Positions 35,901-49,600 of a stretch of DNA of 64,000 bases are shown here, piece by piece. The position numbers and the translations under genes are program-made. Origin of the DNA: Lingula anatina (lineage: Eukaryota > Animalia > Brachiopoda); assembly GCA_051362555.1 (NCBI GenBank), contig CM120640.1, positions 41,084,788 to 41,148,787 on the forward strand, read 5' to 3'. The notes beneath the pieces were generated by a model that searched no databases, had not been told where the DNA came from, and was given only the letters and a program-made list of their open reading frames with translations. Within the stretch, counting starts at the first letter, position 1. The number at the start of each line of letters is the position of its first letter.

Positions 35901-38900
35901 CAACACTTGAAATGTACTGATTTGCCACATCTTCAGAATTTAAGGCTATCTAATTACATTAGGTGGCATTTTCAGTGCTTATTCTATTTGACTTTTTGAG
36001 ATGTTTTTATATAGAAAGTCACTCATTTTCGGTATGTTCTACAGGCTTGACAGCCCTGATTTTAAAATAAAACTAAAATTAGGGATTTATTATAATAAAA
36101 TATGTATATCAACTTTTACTTTCTAAATGTTGAATATCTGGCAGTTTTTAGTGTATTTACTTCCTGTTCATCTTTACAGACCAATCTGTGTCCTACATGT
36201 AGTGACATAATACAAACCATACTCAGTGATAAACTTTCACTAAGAGTGACACCAATATGCACAAGACACAAATGGAAATATATATCCAATCACACAAAAT
36301 TATCAACACATTCAGCTTGATCAGCATACAGATAGTGCAAATGGCAAAATCAACATTTAAACAGCTAAAACTTCATACAAACAATAATGTTAGCACATAA
36401 TTGAGTAAACATCCACATGCACAAATGATACACAGTTACTCTTCATTTGACGACACACTTATATCATCACTGTTCTAAGAGACTTGATGGCCTGTTCAGA
36501 TATGGCCACATCGAAACAAAAAGCAGCTATTCAATTTGTATCATCAACAGATGACTAACCATTAAGGGATTTAAAAAAAGTAGTTGTAGTGGTCTGTTTC
36601 ACAAAATAATTCAATCCAAAATTAGGGTTTAGCTTTCAGACCAAAATTTCAGTTTACCTTGACTGAAGATTTCAGTAATAATTAAAAAAAAAAAAAATGA
36701 AATAGTGCACCAATCTTTAAACCAAGAACCTTATGGCTTATATTTCAAACCACTTTATAAATAAGTGAAATAGAACAACTTTTTAAGTGTAAAAATGTAT
36801 ACCCCTTTTCGAGGTAAAGCTATTTTGGTGAAACAGACCCCTGAATTTACTCAGATTTCTGGTCTATTATAGTCCTTTTCTGAACAAACTGTTATAGACA
36901 TGGTTTTATATATACCTATGAATGCATTGATCTTCTCACACTTGGCAATCGCCATGAGAAACCCATAGAACGACACACGGGGAGCAACTGACAACAGCTC
37001 CTTTAGAATGGGCAGAGGGGGAAAACTGGAAACAGAAAAAAATATGAAGCTTAAGTGATAATATGTATTTATTGATCTCAATTTTCTTTGCATTAAACAA
37101 ATCTGCAATTACAAACAGTAAAAACTTTCTATAATTTCTTATTTTGTGTGTGCGTTATGCAGACCATTGTTTGCAGTAAATCCCTGGGTAAGGCATAGGT
37201 AAGCATCCTAAGAAAGTACTTAGCTGTATTTCTGAAGAGGATTAGTGCAAGATGTAAAGATGTCCAAATGAGCTATTTTGAAAGCAGGGAGAGAAGAGGG
37301 TCCATGTAGCACTTAAGTACAAGTCTCTGTACCACTGTGAACTAAGTTTGTTATCAGAAGAAGGTGAAATCGTCCAAATAATTGCTCCATGTTCCATAAA
37401 GAAATAGCCCTGAGGTAGACTCCCAATCAAAACTGACCTGAGTGTCTGGTTATCTCGGAACTTTTAAGTGCTCCTCTGTAAGACATGATTGACCTGATGG
37501 TGAATTCAAGTGAAATTCTGTTTGAAGATCAAACAGCCAGGGCCCATGCTTAAGCCAATCAGTCAAAACTGTTCATCCAAACCAAACGACCAGACAAATC
37601 AATAGCAAATCAGTAAAAGAGCAATTAAGTACTTTTTCATACTTTCCCAGGCCAAAATAAATTCTAGCCAACGGCCAAAACCTGATTTGTTATCACTGTA
37701 CACGTCCATGCTTTATCATACTGACCTGAGAGTGAATTCATGTGAAAGGCTGACCAGAGCTCTATAAAACTGCATAGAGTCCACTCCATCACTGGACGTG
37801 TGGTGACCATTACTGAGCTGGTGTGGGTTACTTTTACTTTCCTCTTCATCAGATGTGGGGACAACCACCGTCTCCCTGGGGCTCCCCGCAGACAGCAGGG
37901 CCTTGTATACCTCTGTGCATTTCTCAAGGAATTCTTTAAATAAATGAATTATCAAGTATATAAACAAATAAAATCAAATGATAAAAGTTGAAAGGACATT
38001 TTTCTCATTTATCTTTTGGCATGTAGAAAACCTTTTATACCATTGGCAATTGCAGGGGCGGATCCAGAAATATTTTCTGACAGTCTTCTAAATTATCTTT
38101 GTTGATCCATCCTCCATTTTGACCATCTTCTGACAGAAAACATTAGATAACCGTCAAAGAAAACTTGAAAATCTGATCGTCTTCCGGAAGACCCAGAAAA
38201 CGGCCTAAATCCACCCCTGAATTGATACATTTTTTGCCACTATCACTATTGTGTGCCACTATCACTATTGTGTGCCACTATCCCTCCATCTGAAATTCTT
38301 CAATAGCTGTTCTCGGCACTTGCATTTAGGAAACTTATACCAATTATAATAATAATTAATATCATCATTTTATTTTCACAATATTCTGCACATGTAGCAC
38401 TTGTATGTTTTAATTTATTTTGCAATGTATGTTAAAGCATTTTCTAAAGAAAACTGCTACAATGCATAACTTCCAGTCTTTTACATTAAAACTTTTTTCA
38501 TACTTTTTTCCCTTATGCTTTAAATACCAAAAGGAAATTAGGTCCACCAGTTTGCTCAACATTTTTAAGAAAGATACTCTAACCTCTGGGCACAAAATGC
38601 TTGGAATGTACAATATTATCAATTAAAATAACAACCTACTCCCCGTTTCTTCCTGTAAACAGAAAGTCCTCATTTGAACTCTTTTTTTTTTGTCCTGAAT
38701 TTTTTTCCCAGGCTGGCATAGAAGTAATTATACCCTAGTCTTACAGGAAGAAACATCAAAATCCACCTCCTGATTGAACATTTTTTTTTTTGCTTTGAAT
38801 CATATTTGAATCATATGTCATATCTCAGTTGTTACATGCCCAAAGACTGATCTATCAACTTGAAATTGAGACACATTCATCTTAATTGAAAAAAGATGTA

Positions 38901-41900
38901 ATGCATTGTGAAATGGTGATCGCATAATAAAATTCATGAAATGTTATTATCTTTTACAGTGATGATGGTCCAAAGTCTTAAGAACTATCATTTTTTTTTC
39001 AGAAAGTAGGACTCTACAAAGCTAATTAAAATCAAACAGCCTTTGGATAAATATTTGACAAAATAGCCAGTTCACAAAAAGAACTTATGTGATCAGAAAT
39101 ACTTCATCATATGAATAATGACATTCATTGCTTTCATTTCGGACTACACACAAAACTTCTGCTTTTTTTCTTTTTGTAAATATTAATCTTTGTCTCTCCA
39201 AAATACAATGTACAACTAGGAGGAGCTTGTTGATCCTGTTCATCATGTTAAAAACAACATTACAAGGTTGTGGATTGTTTACTATTCTGTAGTAAATAGG
39301 TCCTTTGTTGTTCCATGCCCTCTTCACCATCAATCTTAAAATATTTGTTTCAGCATTTTCAAAAAAGTGTAACAATCTCCCACTGTTCTTAAAAAGCAGA
39401 GTGGAAAACTGAGCTCTGGCTCATTTCTGGTTATGAATGTAACACTTATTGATATTACCGCCGTGATTTAATTTTGCAATGATTACACGCCATGAGCAAA
39501 AACAAATATTGGGTCTAAGAGGCAATTATCACCTGAAATAAAAATATTACCAACAAAAATACACCACCACAAGAATCCCAGCTATCTCCTTTCACTACAA
39601 AAGTGCTTTGTGACTATATGTGCCTTGGACATGAAAAAACATCACATATCAGCCTTTGCTCTTAACGCATGCTTTATATAGAAACACTTAATCTTATACT
39701 GATCTGCCTCTGCAAAAACCCAGGTGAAACTGGTTGAATTTTATTGGATCTGATACCAGCCCATTTCAAACATCACCAAATTTTCAACAAATGGAGAATC
39801 TAACCTTCATTCCTGTTTTTTTTTCCTCCTAAGCTTAGTGTGTTTTATACTCAGAGCAGGAAGATAAACCAGAGAAAATCAGGTGAAATCAGTAATACTA
39901 TATTGGTCTTGATGGGAAATTTGCTATTTTGAGGATAGGTGAATTAAAGCTAGTTCCATATGTCTCAGGGATAAAGATAAAGAACATATAAAGACTTACA
40001 CCTGGATGTAAGGTACAAAGTGCTTGAGTAACGATAGATGGAAATAAAATTAAAACACATAAAATGAAACATCTAGACTTTCATCTGTGACTTAATCTTT
40101 GGTGTGCTTATATATTTGTTAGTGTGTGTGTGTGTGTGTTTGTGTGTGTGTGAGAGAGAGAGAACAGAGATAGATAGAGAGAGAGAGTTTCTCTTCCTTA
40201 CCTTCATAATAGAACTGCACTTGGAATGCATAGAGGAAATCAGTGAAAGAGATCAAGCAGTCCAAGGCATCATCCATGAGAATAATCCTGAAAAGATTGT
40301 CAAAATTATGTTTTTCACTTTAGAAATATACTGAAAGGTATATGTAGAGATATTATTCCTTTCTACTTATCAAAAAAAGCAAGTTCTTTTTTCAAATTAA
40401 TTAAAATTAATTAAAATTAATTAAAATATTTTGACTTTATCGTTATTATGTCCAAGATCAAATCAACAAAATGTGGAAATTCTTAATTTTACATGAAAGC
40501 TCATAGTGGCAAGTCATGTTCATAAAATTCATTCAAAAGAAGCAAGGGAGACATAATGAAAAATGATCAATGACAGTCTAGAGGAAAGCCATCCATCATC
40601 CAAGAGACTGAAACAATAATTAGGGCATTACATGTACGTACATCTTTTATCCATAATTGTTGTATTCAGCTGTGCAGCATCAGCACTAAAGCTGTTGTGT
40701 TGAAACTAATAAATGTATGAAGCAATACCAGCAAGAAGTGCTAATGGAAATTAATACCATGAATTATAATGCTTGGTTTCTACGTAGTTAAGTTTTGCAG
40801 TTCTAGACATAATTTTCATCTCCCTGCCATATCAAATTTCATGTTTATTCTTACACAAATTGTTCTTGTTAACGGAATGTGCAAAGGAAAATAAAGACTC
40901 CAAAGAAAAGAAATATATATTTTTATCAGATGTATTATAATTGTGGTATCATAATGCAAAATGTTCTCCTGGCTGTGACCAGAGGTCCATCTGGTCCTTT
41001 AACTGACCACTAGACAGATGACCAATACCTTGTCATCACTAAATAAAGGTCTACATGTATCACCTGAGTCAAAACTCTTAGACTAAAAAAAAAACTTGTA
41101 GTCAATACCCATAGGAATGAGTTGGCAAAATGGAGACAAAAAAGAACAAAAGAGGAAATATGTCACAATTTATTAGCCCTTTCATTTAGCTGGAAACCTG
41201 ATTTGATTCGCTACCTAATTTGATTTTTTCATTCAATGAACAGCAGATTGGTTTGATCCTATGCAACTTTGGAAAGCTTTACATTGTGTCACATAGATAA
41301 AACCTAAAAGAAGTCTCAGAGGATATGTGCAAAGTCTTGGGATATTGACTACTAATTCAATACAAATGCCATCATACTGCAGACAAAATACTGTGAGAAT
41401 TTTTTAATCACCTTATCTTCAATGATTTGAGACAGGATAAGTAGAAAAATTGTATTTGTGATAAAAAGTGAAATTGAAATCAACCATTGGACCAATTCTT
41501 AAATATCAATCAAGAAATTTAAATCTGAGGGGTTTTCTTCAAATTCTTTAAATGAAATAATTCTGCAGCAATAATATATATGTATACCATACTATGCCTG
41601 ACATAAAACACTTCACTTTACTGATAAATTAGTGAGTTCCCAATATCCCCTGACTTTTAAAAAATGCAATCCCCCTCCTTAAAACCAACAAACGAAACAG
41701 AACTATGTAAAGTACCACCCAGAAAAAAAAGGCGAATAAACCTCCACAGACAGCTGACAAATTACATAATAAACAAAATGTTATTTCTAGCTCAAGACAC
41801 TCCTTGGATTTTGCGCCTTTTAAAACAAATCAACATAAATAATACAAACAATCAAAATTGCTCATCAGCACAATCACATTAACTGCAATGCCAAAATAGG

Positions 41901-44900
41901 TTTTCTTTGAAAATGGTCCAAAACAGATATTTGCCTGCTGTTAAGCAGTAGTATTTCAAATAAAACACCTGGCCACAGTGATAAGACAAAAACAGAGTGG
42001 TTCAGGGCAGAAACAAAGCACTTGCAAAATGGTGATTTATACAGGTATGCAGTTACAGTGACTACTTTAAAAATGACAGCATTATTTTGTATAGATATAT
42101 GGGTGCTTTTGGTCAGCTTGACTAAGACTAAGAGAACCTGGGGCCTCTCTCACGCAACCTTTGTTGGCTGACAACCTTATGTTACGGGGGTTTGTTTGAC
42201 AAATCTCCTCATCAAATACATGGGTAAATTTAAGGAACACTCTGCCAACAATTATTGCTCACAATGGCTTCCTGAAACCAGCATCTGCTCCTCAACTTCT
42301 AAATCAAAGAATAACGATTGCATTCTATTTCAATATATTCCATATTTCTGAGCATATAACAGCATTGTTCACTTTGCCAACTCCTTCAGCATATATTCCA
42401 TGTATTTAAAACATATCAATCAGCAGAATCTTAGAGATTGCCCTTTTTACATAATCTATATGATTAATCACAATTCCACCTCTTCCAATTAGCATGCTTT
42501 AGCCTCTCTATGCAAGTGCATTTCTATTTATTTCGATCTCTCCAGGGGGCAAAAATCTCAGATTGAGAAGACAAATGCATGCATGCATTCTACCAAACAT
42601 TTAAGATAGTAATAAAAACCCACGTAATTTGCATTTCTGCTTTGGAATGGCTTCCATTTCATCTTATTTCTGGAAAAGAGAGGAGAACTTCATGGTTGAC
42701 CCGAAGAAGACGAAAATATCCAGGCAATACAATTTCCCCCTTCATTCTCATTCTTGAAAAGAGATGAAGACCTGAAGAAAATAAGAATATGCCAGCAATG
42801 TTTTTTATCTTTATCTTCATTTTATCTCTTGAAGAGAGGGAAAGAGAATGTTGCTGACCTGAAGATGACAAACATTTTCTGAGAAGAATTCCTGGCAACT
42901 TGCTCTTTACACAGCTGTATCTTGTATACTGATCAGTTGGCTGGTCCCCCGCCCACCCAGCAACAAATTAACCTTTCCTATACTCTCCATATCAAAGGGA
43001 TTCCACAGATTCATAAAATCACTAGTGCTGCTCATAACAAACTCATCCTTTTTCCAAGTGGAGCCTTCTTATATCAGAAAATCTACTAATTCAAAGCCAA
43101 AATAACCAATTCCATTCTCATTAAAATATCCCAAAAGACTGACGTGCTTTTTAAGTCTGGCAATGAAGACAAAAAGGCAATTATACGCACTCACTCCCAA
43201 CTAATAACACTTTTCAATTAAAAAACAACCATCTGCTGAGCTTTCCATGACAGGGCAGTAAAAACCAAACATCATAAAGAATTCATCACTGTGAATATGT
43301 TGGTGTATTGAAAGCAATTAGCATTGTCATGAAAGCTGTGTTGTGGATGTGCACATTCACATAAAAAGGTTTGGATATATCAAAACAACCTTCATTCTAT
43401 GATAATGGAAAACTGGGGAGAATTAACTCATACTGTAGAAAGCATTTACAGTTCCCTAATTAAGACGGGACTTGAGTAAAAAATACACTGCATTATACAA
43501 AAGGAGTTTTTATCTACCATACTAAAAAGTGATATAAGTAAACTCTCTCTCCAATGTCACCATGTGACTTTAAAACAAAAAGTGACAATCTAATCTGCTA
43601 GTTATCCTTCTAAAAATGCTACTGTTTTATTTAAAATCTTTCACTGGGTAATTAGTTGTTTAAAAAGTAATTGAATCCAATTCATTTTTTTCCAAAGATT
43701 ATTTCCTGCAGTATATCCTAGTGCCATTATAAAAATTATGTTATACTAAACATCAAAGATAGGATGATTTCTAAACATAATTGTCTGACAACATGTTTAC
43801 ACAATAACAAAATAAATAAATAAATAAAAGACCTTATTTTTCTTCTCTTGTTACAAGTTGTTTCATAACAACAAAGAAATAATCAAACATTTCTCTTCAA
43901 ACAGGGCTGCCTCAGCAAATATGATGTCTCATACACCAATTTCAGTTGACAATAGGCAGAAAGAGGCTAGTATCTGACAGAGCGTATTTTCCTCCCTGGG
44001 GAACAAGTGAAACATGAACTCACACAGAACACCAACTGGGCTCTTACTTCCTTACTGTGACAAGTGTTAGAACTTGTGATCATAGTCAATATTAGACATG
44101 CCTAGTTTGATTTTATGCCATACTCTAATGTACAATATTTCATACATAAAAAAAACAGAAATCCATTTATTCCTATTTTCTCTTTTTGTCACACAGAACT
44201 GCATATTTTCATGTACCCTGTCACTGCAGTGGTACAGTTACTGGGCGTAATCAATTACCTGGTAAGAATGTGTTTTGTAACCATTCTGTGTAAAAATTAC
44301 CAATCCCCATGTTTCATTTGTTACAAACATGAATAACATATGGGTGTAGTTCGAAATGAGAAAATTTTAATTAAGGAGTTTTTGTAAATATTTGATCTGT
44401 AACGCAGTGCAGGCAAGTTTTATTACCTTGCAGTTTTCTGAACTGTTTCAAATGGGAAGTCATTGCACAACAGACAAATCAGAGCATGATATTCTTGAAT
44501 ACTCAACAAATCTGAAAGAAACAAATAGAGGTTAGGTAACTACTGTAGCACATTAAACATATATGCCAAATTGATTATAAAATATGATACATATTTTTAA
44601 GTGTATCAGAAAAAAATAATCAGAATAACAGAATAGATCTAAAAAAGAAAAAATAAATAATAAAAAAAATTAATGTACTTTCCGTATAAAATATAAAGGT
44701 TATTTTGGAAAAGTGACATTGAATTAACAGTACATGTAAAACTGACTCACACTACAGTAAGGATACAACTGATCCCATCTTACAATAATAGTTTCCTATT
44801 TTTTAAAACTCACCTCCCTGTTTCCCTACATGTCTAAAGCATTTCCAGAAAGTTTTGACAAATGAGCTCCTATTATGTGGAGTGGCATGGATGAAGTGGT

Positions 44901-47900
44901 AGTCACGGAACAATGTGTGGTTTCCCTCCCTCAAGCTCACAAAGCTAGAGTGAAAAAATATTTTGAAAACATCTGACATGTGGAAAATGTAGCAGGAAAA
45001 GTTATCATAAAAAGCAATCACCATTTTATGATTTTATCATTTTTTAAAAGTTATTATTCATTTTTTTCAAACACTATCTACTGAACTCTGCTACATTTCA
45101 TATTAAAAAAAAAATGGAAATATATATAAATGTACAGATGGAGACAAAACAAAGGAGAGATCAATTAGCATGTACTGTGAAAGCAATCTAGTTCTGAGTT
45201 ACCAACCATTTATAGACTAAGATTAAATATAAAATAAAAATAATTCTTTAAGGGAAAAAATCAGAACATAACCATATTAAAAGCTATTGTTTATGTGGTC
45301 TTATTGAATCATCTGGTCTTATTGAATCATCTTCATCAGTATTCTTCCCAGATAAAATAAACTTTCCACTCATCAAGCAAATTGTCAAGTTGCAGTCAAA
45401 ATTAGAGATTGTATTAGACCTCTGTGCATGTAGCCTTTAATGTGATTCTACAGAAGAATGAATAATAAGTATGAACAGATAATGGTTGCACAATGAAGTT
45501 ATGTGGTAAAAGATTTTCGTCTAATCTATTTACAGTCTAGCTGGGTCATGAATCTGCCAACAAAAGTGAAGGCAAAGGCAAATTGCATAGTCTGATCATG
45601 AAAAAAATTTAAAATAGTGACTCCATCCCTTTACATCCCTTTATACACCAAAAATCAAAAAAGCTTACTTGCAGACAAAATATATATCAGATGCCAAATA
45701 AAGAAGGAACACTTACATTTGCACCTTAGAGATTTAGACAATAAGGTTCTAAAACATATACTAGTTACAGAATATTGGTGACTGAAGTCAACATTTCCAT
45801 TTGACAGCAGAACAGGCCATGTCAAAATTTTCAATAATGAACTAAATAGGCATGGTTTTCTGTCTAGCAGCACACACATATGGACTTCATTAAGCTAGAC
45901 AACTCACCTCAAATGAGTCTAATTACCTGACAAAACAAACAACCCCTCCTCAACCTTTTACCAACATAAATAATTAATCTTCACCATGTTCAACAGCCTT
46001 TGTTTTTTCTGTACACAACTTATATGATATAATAAGGTAGTCCTATCTGTTGAAATACCCATTGGCTAGGCCCATACAATGGGATATAATAGTAAAACAT
46101 GGATCCCACCCATGTACTAAGCTTGCCATGCTTATAGTAATTAGTCCTATTCAGGGCTCTCCGTGTTCAAAGAGTACTTTTAGGGATTTTGCCTTTGCTG
46201 GCTTATTCAAAAACAACACTCTTGCTTTCCCAGAGCGTCTACATCAACAGTGTGCATGTTGTTTTACTTCCACGGTCTATTAAAATATACAGTTTCTGAA
46301 CAGAAATATACACAAACAGCTCACTATGTTATATTGTCGCTGTGCTTATATAACATTGCACTGGAGACTTATCTGCAACTCTAACAGATTAGAATAGTAA
46401 TGAATCCCTAAAGAGTTATAAATTACTATTCATAAGGTCAGGTAAAATCAATAAGTTGGCTAACGAGTGGCCACCCTCTCTAAACAGAGTTGGTAGACAA
46501 CATTCATTTTCATTTTTTTTTTGACACATGGTACTTCACAGACACTGCGGCTAATTTTAGGGTTTTGTTGGTGTTTTGGCTTTTTCGATGAAGAGGTGGG
46601 GGGGGGGGGGGGGGCTTGAATTCCTTTCCCAAACCAATGCCCAATATTCCCTTTTTTACAATCCATTATACTTACACAGAAAATATACCCTAATTTCCTT
46701 ACACTCGTTCACCAACTCAATAAATTCAGCCTGGGCTTTCTGTGATATCACATACATAGCCAGGTAACTTTTGTATAAGAATAAAGGGAGCTTCAATCAA
46801 ATAGTTCACAGTTCTTAATGTATAGGGATGATTTATAAATAATACAGCAGTTATAATTCTTATTCTAAAACAAAGACAACACAATAAACTTACTAATCAC
46901 TGAAAAATTTTGACGGATTAACTTTCGGATTTTCTTCTTTGTGTTCAAGAAGTTGTGCGACTGCATCTTCAATATAGATCAGGATATTGGTCTTTTCTGA
47001 AATTGAAAAAAAAAAAAATCAAGAAATAATCATAAATTTTATTCAATAGAAAATACCAGTGCTTCATATTGCAAAAAGGGACTATATGATTTTATTATGC
47101 AGGCCTGTAACTGGCAATTGGGGGGGGGGGGGGGAGACTTTTTCTGAAAAAGTGTATCTTTTTACCATGAAACCAATATGTAGTCATAGTCTAAATCAAA
47201 TTTTAAGAGTCTAAATCAAATTTTGATTCAGAGTGGACCTCTTCCTGGCCAAACAGAGATCATCTTTTGAACCCCTGGACCCCATCTACAGTCCCATTAA
47301 TTATGGTATTGGTATCTTCATGATATCTTCAAGCTAATGAAATACATTATGCATTTGATCACTAGGCCATAACATCGTATACAAAATGTAATCATGGTCT
47401 CTGTTGCCATTCTGTTGTAATGAGTATTCCTTTATGTGCAATACAGGTGATCATAAATCAAATAAGTAATTAGTGTTCCTTGGTAACCAGGTGTGTAATC
47501 AGTGAAATGAAAATCACTGAAGGGGATTGAGATAAGGAGCATTCAATAAATGACCATAAAACAGACTTGGACTAGCCATCTGCTGACAATTAATCAAGAC
47601 ATCCTTGTGAGCAGAGTATTACTCTCTATACAAGCAACCAAAAGATAAAATAAGGTAACCCCCTCCCCCCCTCCCCCCCCCAAAAAAAAAAAAAAAAAAA
47701 AAAAAAAAGAAATTTACAATAATTTAAGTCACGCGAATGTACAAGCATGGCGACTTTGGTATTCAATAAAGTTGAAAATTAAACTCATGTAAGAAAATCA
47801 TCATGGTCTAATGTATTCTTAATCAATACAGCCCATATATACATAGTATGCAATTTTGGTGTAATAAAGTTCCGTTGAAGAATTTCCCTAGGGTCTAAGA

Positions 47901-48784
47901 CCCCATTCCCATAGATTTTAGATCGATCTATCCCTGTGGAGAGTCTCACTAGATTACTGTCAGCTTAGCCAGCTTAAGCGTCTGTCCCGCCTACTAAAAG
48001 CTGTAAGTGGGTAATTAACTATGGTGCGCTCGGCTGACTACAATTTAGCGTGAACCCCCAGGGAGTTAGGTCGACCTAAATCTTAATCTCTGGATTGATC
48101 TAAATCTCTGGGAATGCACCCTAAGACAATTTCATTCCACTGCTGACCCTCACTCAATTGAATATCGAAATGAAATATATAATTTCAAAACTAATTTTAT
48201 TTCACTTAACTAAAGCCAAGTGAAAAAGCAATTTCAAGCATTCCTGAAATATTCACTCCTATTTTGATATGTGTTTTTTTTTTTTCAGCAGGGGGAAAAA
48301 TTTCATCATACCTTTAATAGTTCCATTTTCTTATTTTACAAACAGTTCATATATACAGTGGCTGCTATAATATGTGCACTGATATTATGAAAAGAGTAAC
48401 AGATTTGACCATGTATATATAATTTATAACATAAATGTGTCAGCTAGATATCTCTGGGGCACCTGTAATCACTTATGTTGACATTGTAGTGTACACAGAC
48501 AGATAAGACAACATTTATTGAAATATATATCAGCTGTATGGCGCACTGTGCACCTAAACATGTGCTAGGGAGTCCTGTGTCCTTCTAAGGGAAAAGAAAG
48601 TGGTCAAAATTCTGCACTTTGTTGTAATGTTTGAAACATTGATTTAGTTAGAGTCTGCAAGTTGGGCAAATATGCTATTCAGATGACTCATACTCCTACA
48701 TGTAATTTACATCGTATATTCCGGGAATAACTTACCTAAGTATTGGTCAGCTGTTAACTGATACATATCCTCAGGTGAATTCAT
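29679..48784 (-). CDS. CSTPP1: Centriolar satellite-associated tubulin polyglutamylase complex regulator 1 (C11orf49 homolog), ~357-358 aa; complement(join(29679..29928,[31338..31392 or 32815..32866],36916..37025,37726..37933,40202..40287,44427..44511,44814..44944,46894..46996,48736..48784))
   Basis: MNSPEDMYQLTADQYLEKTNILIYIEDAVAQLLE..., ATPHNRSSFVKTFWKCFR, ILMDDALDCLISFTDFLYAFQVQFYYEEFL, SFYGFLMAIAK match human C11orf49/CSTPP1; GT-AG junctions with consistent phases; the 3' exon choice is less certain. Confidence 0.92.
31338..31392 (-). CDS. CSTPP1: CSTPP1 exon 8b (alternative, 55 nt)
   Basis: GKLPSKSELLAVPDQDLT also resembles GALPDKGDLMHDP; aattttcag| and |gtaagc; phase 1 in, phase 2 out. 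Confidence 0.78.
32815..32866 (-). CDS. CSTPP1: CSTPP1 exon 8a (alternative, 52 nt)
   Basis: GVLPDKQNLYIEFEEPV resembles human GALPDKGDL; tgctgtttgaag| and |gtaagt; phase 1 in, phase 2 out. Confidence 0.78.
36916..37025 (-). CDS. CSTPP1: CSTPP1 coding exon 7
   Basis: FPPLPILKELLSVAPRVSFYGFLMAIAKCEKINAFI. Confidence 0.94.
37726..37933 (-). CDS. CSTPP1: CSTPP1 coding exon 6
   Basis: EFLEKCTEVYKALLSAGSPRETVVVPTS...DGVDSMQFYRALVSLSHEFTL. Confidence 0.92.
38053..38219. mobile_element. MITE family A copy 2
   Basis: Alignable end to end with 10893-11061; CAGGGGCGGAT...ATCCACCCCTG; TSD AATTG. Confidence 0.88.
38235..38282. repeat. 19-bp tandem repeat x2.5
   Basis: TGCCACTATCACTATTGTG repeated. 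Confidence 0.85.
40122..40186. repeat. Compound (GT)n/(GA)n microsatellite
   Basis: gtgtgtgt...gagagaga directly visible. Confidence 0.9.
40202..40287 (-). CDS. CSTPP1: CSTPP1 coding exon 5
   Basis: IILMDDALDCLISFTDFLYAFQVQFYYE. Confidence 0.96.
44427..44511 (-). CDS. CSTPP1: CSTPP1 coding exon 4
   Basis: DLLSIQEYHALICLLCNDFPFETVQKTA(R). Confidence 0.95.
44814..44944 (-). CDS. CSTPP1: CSTPP1 coding exon 3
   Basis: FVSLREGNHTLFRDYHFIHATPHNRSSFVKTFWKCFRHVGKQG; |gtgagt. Confidence 0.95.
46894..46996 (-). CDS. CSTPP1: CSTPP1 coding exon 2
   Basis: EKTNILIYIEDAVAQLLEHKEENPKVNPSKFFSD(Y). Confidence 0.93.
47900..48120. mobile_element. MITE family B copy 1, CTAAG TSD (Harbinger/PHIS-related)
   Basis: ACCCCATTCCCATAGATTT...AAATCTCTGGGAATGCACC; CTAAG at 47895-47899 and 48121-48125; second copy at 63346-63569. 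Confidence 0.88.
48736..48784 (-). CDS. CSTPP1: CSTPP1 coding exon 1
   Basis: MNSPEDMYQLTADQYL; acceptor at 48802, donor G|gtaagt; upstream non-coding exon donor CAG|gtatat at ~49186. Confidence 0.88.
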
Positions 48785-49185
48785 TGTTACTTTGTTAGTT
48801 TCTGCATTATAACCAAACGAAATTGTTCTTATAACCCTTGGGCAACAATTTTAGTTGCTAAAACTATAACATGCAAAGCTAGGTACATTTCCTCTTTTTA
48901 GTTATACCAATCTCAGTTGAAAAATGCTAAAACTAAAAACAAAATACATAATAGCATTCGTATTACAATAATATGATATGTAGATTTACATGAAAATCTT
49001 AAAGTTTATTCTTTTAGATTTAGAATTGTCAGATTAAAAAAATCCATTTCTTTACAACTAAGTATGAAACTAAGGGACTAGCTTCAGTATGACATTGATC
49101 AATAATCTCGGCATGCAGTGTAAACTTCATTCAGTCGCTTTAGTGCAAACAGACAGCGAGTAACGGTGGACGGCGGAAGATATAC

Positions 49186-49600
49186 CTGCGGGAAATCAGA
49201 TTGGAGATTTTTACAGTAACTGGAGCTTATGCCAATCACAGGGATTCTACGATGAAGGCTCAGGCCTTGTTGTTAGCACTTCTTACTTTGCTACAAGGTG
49301 AGAGAACGTGAAAAAATGCCGCTATATTGGTGCATTTTGTAAATCTATTTTTAACGCGTACTCTGTTTTATCGGAAACGCGTGGGGGAAAAGGTAGTAAA
49401 TTCACTAACTGAAGCAGAAATCGATTCTAGTAATGTGGTAGACAATAAAATAGAATCCCACTTTGTTAAAGAAGTATCGTTTCGTGACTTTATTTTGTGC
49501 TGTAGAATTGGCATGTGCCCGATGTGTAAGAGAGAGAGAGAGAAAAAAAACACTGTTTACCGCTTGGTATGCATGTCAGTATAAATGTTTGTCAGATTTT
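49186..49600. promoter_or_regulatory. CSTPP1 promoter / probable second bidirectional promoter
   Basis: CpG-containing stretch (ACGCGT x2, CCAAT/ATTGG boxes) upstream of the CSTPP1 non-coding exon donor; strand composition flips here. Confidence 0.5.

Noticed and set aside
36290-36480. GTGATGA on minus as a C/D snoRNA box C
   Set aside because: No suitably spaced D box with terminal stem or recognisable rRNA antisense element.
42139-42287. Degenerate CWG-flanked Harbinger-like MITE (similar hint at 60836-60945)
   Set aside because: Inverted ends too decayed to delimit with confidence.
47100-47295. Poly-G runs (also 2955-2974, 35599-35610, 46597-46614) as functional G-quadruplexes
   Set aside because: Several sit in what look like decayed MITE remnants (CAGGCCTGTA-type ends, compare 61770-61901); no independent evidence of function.
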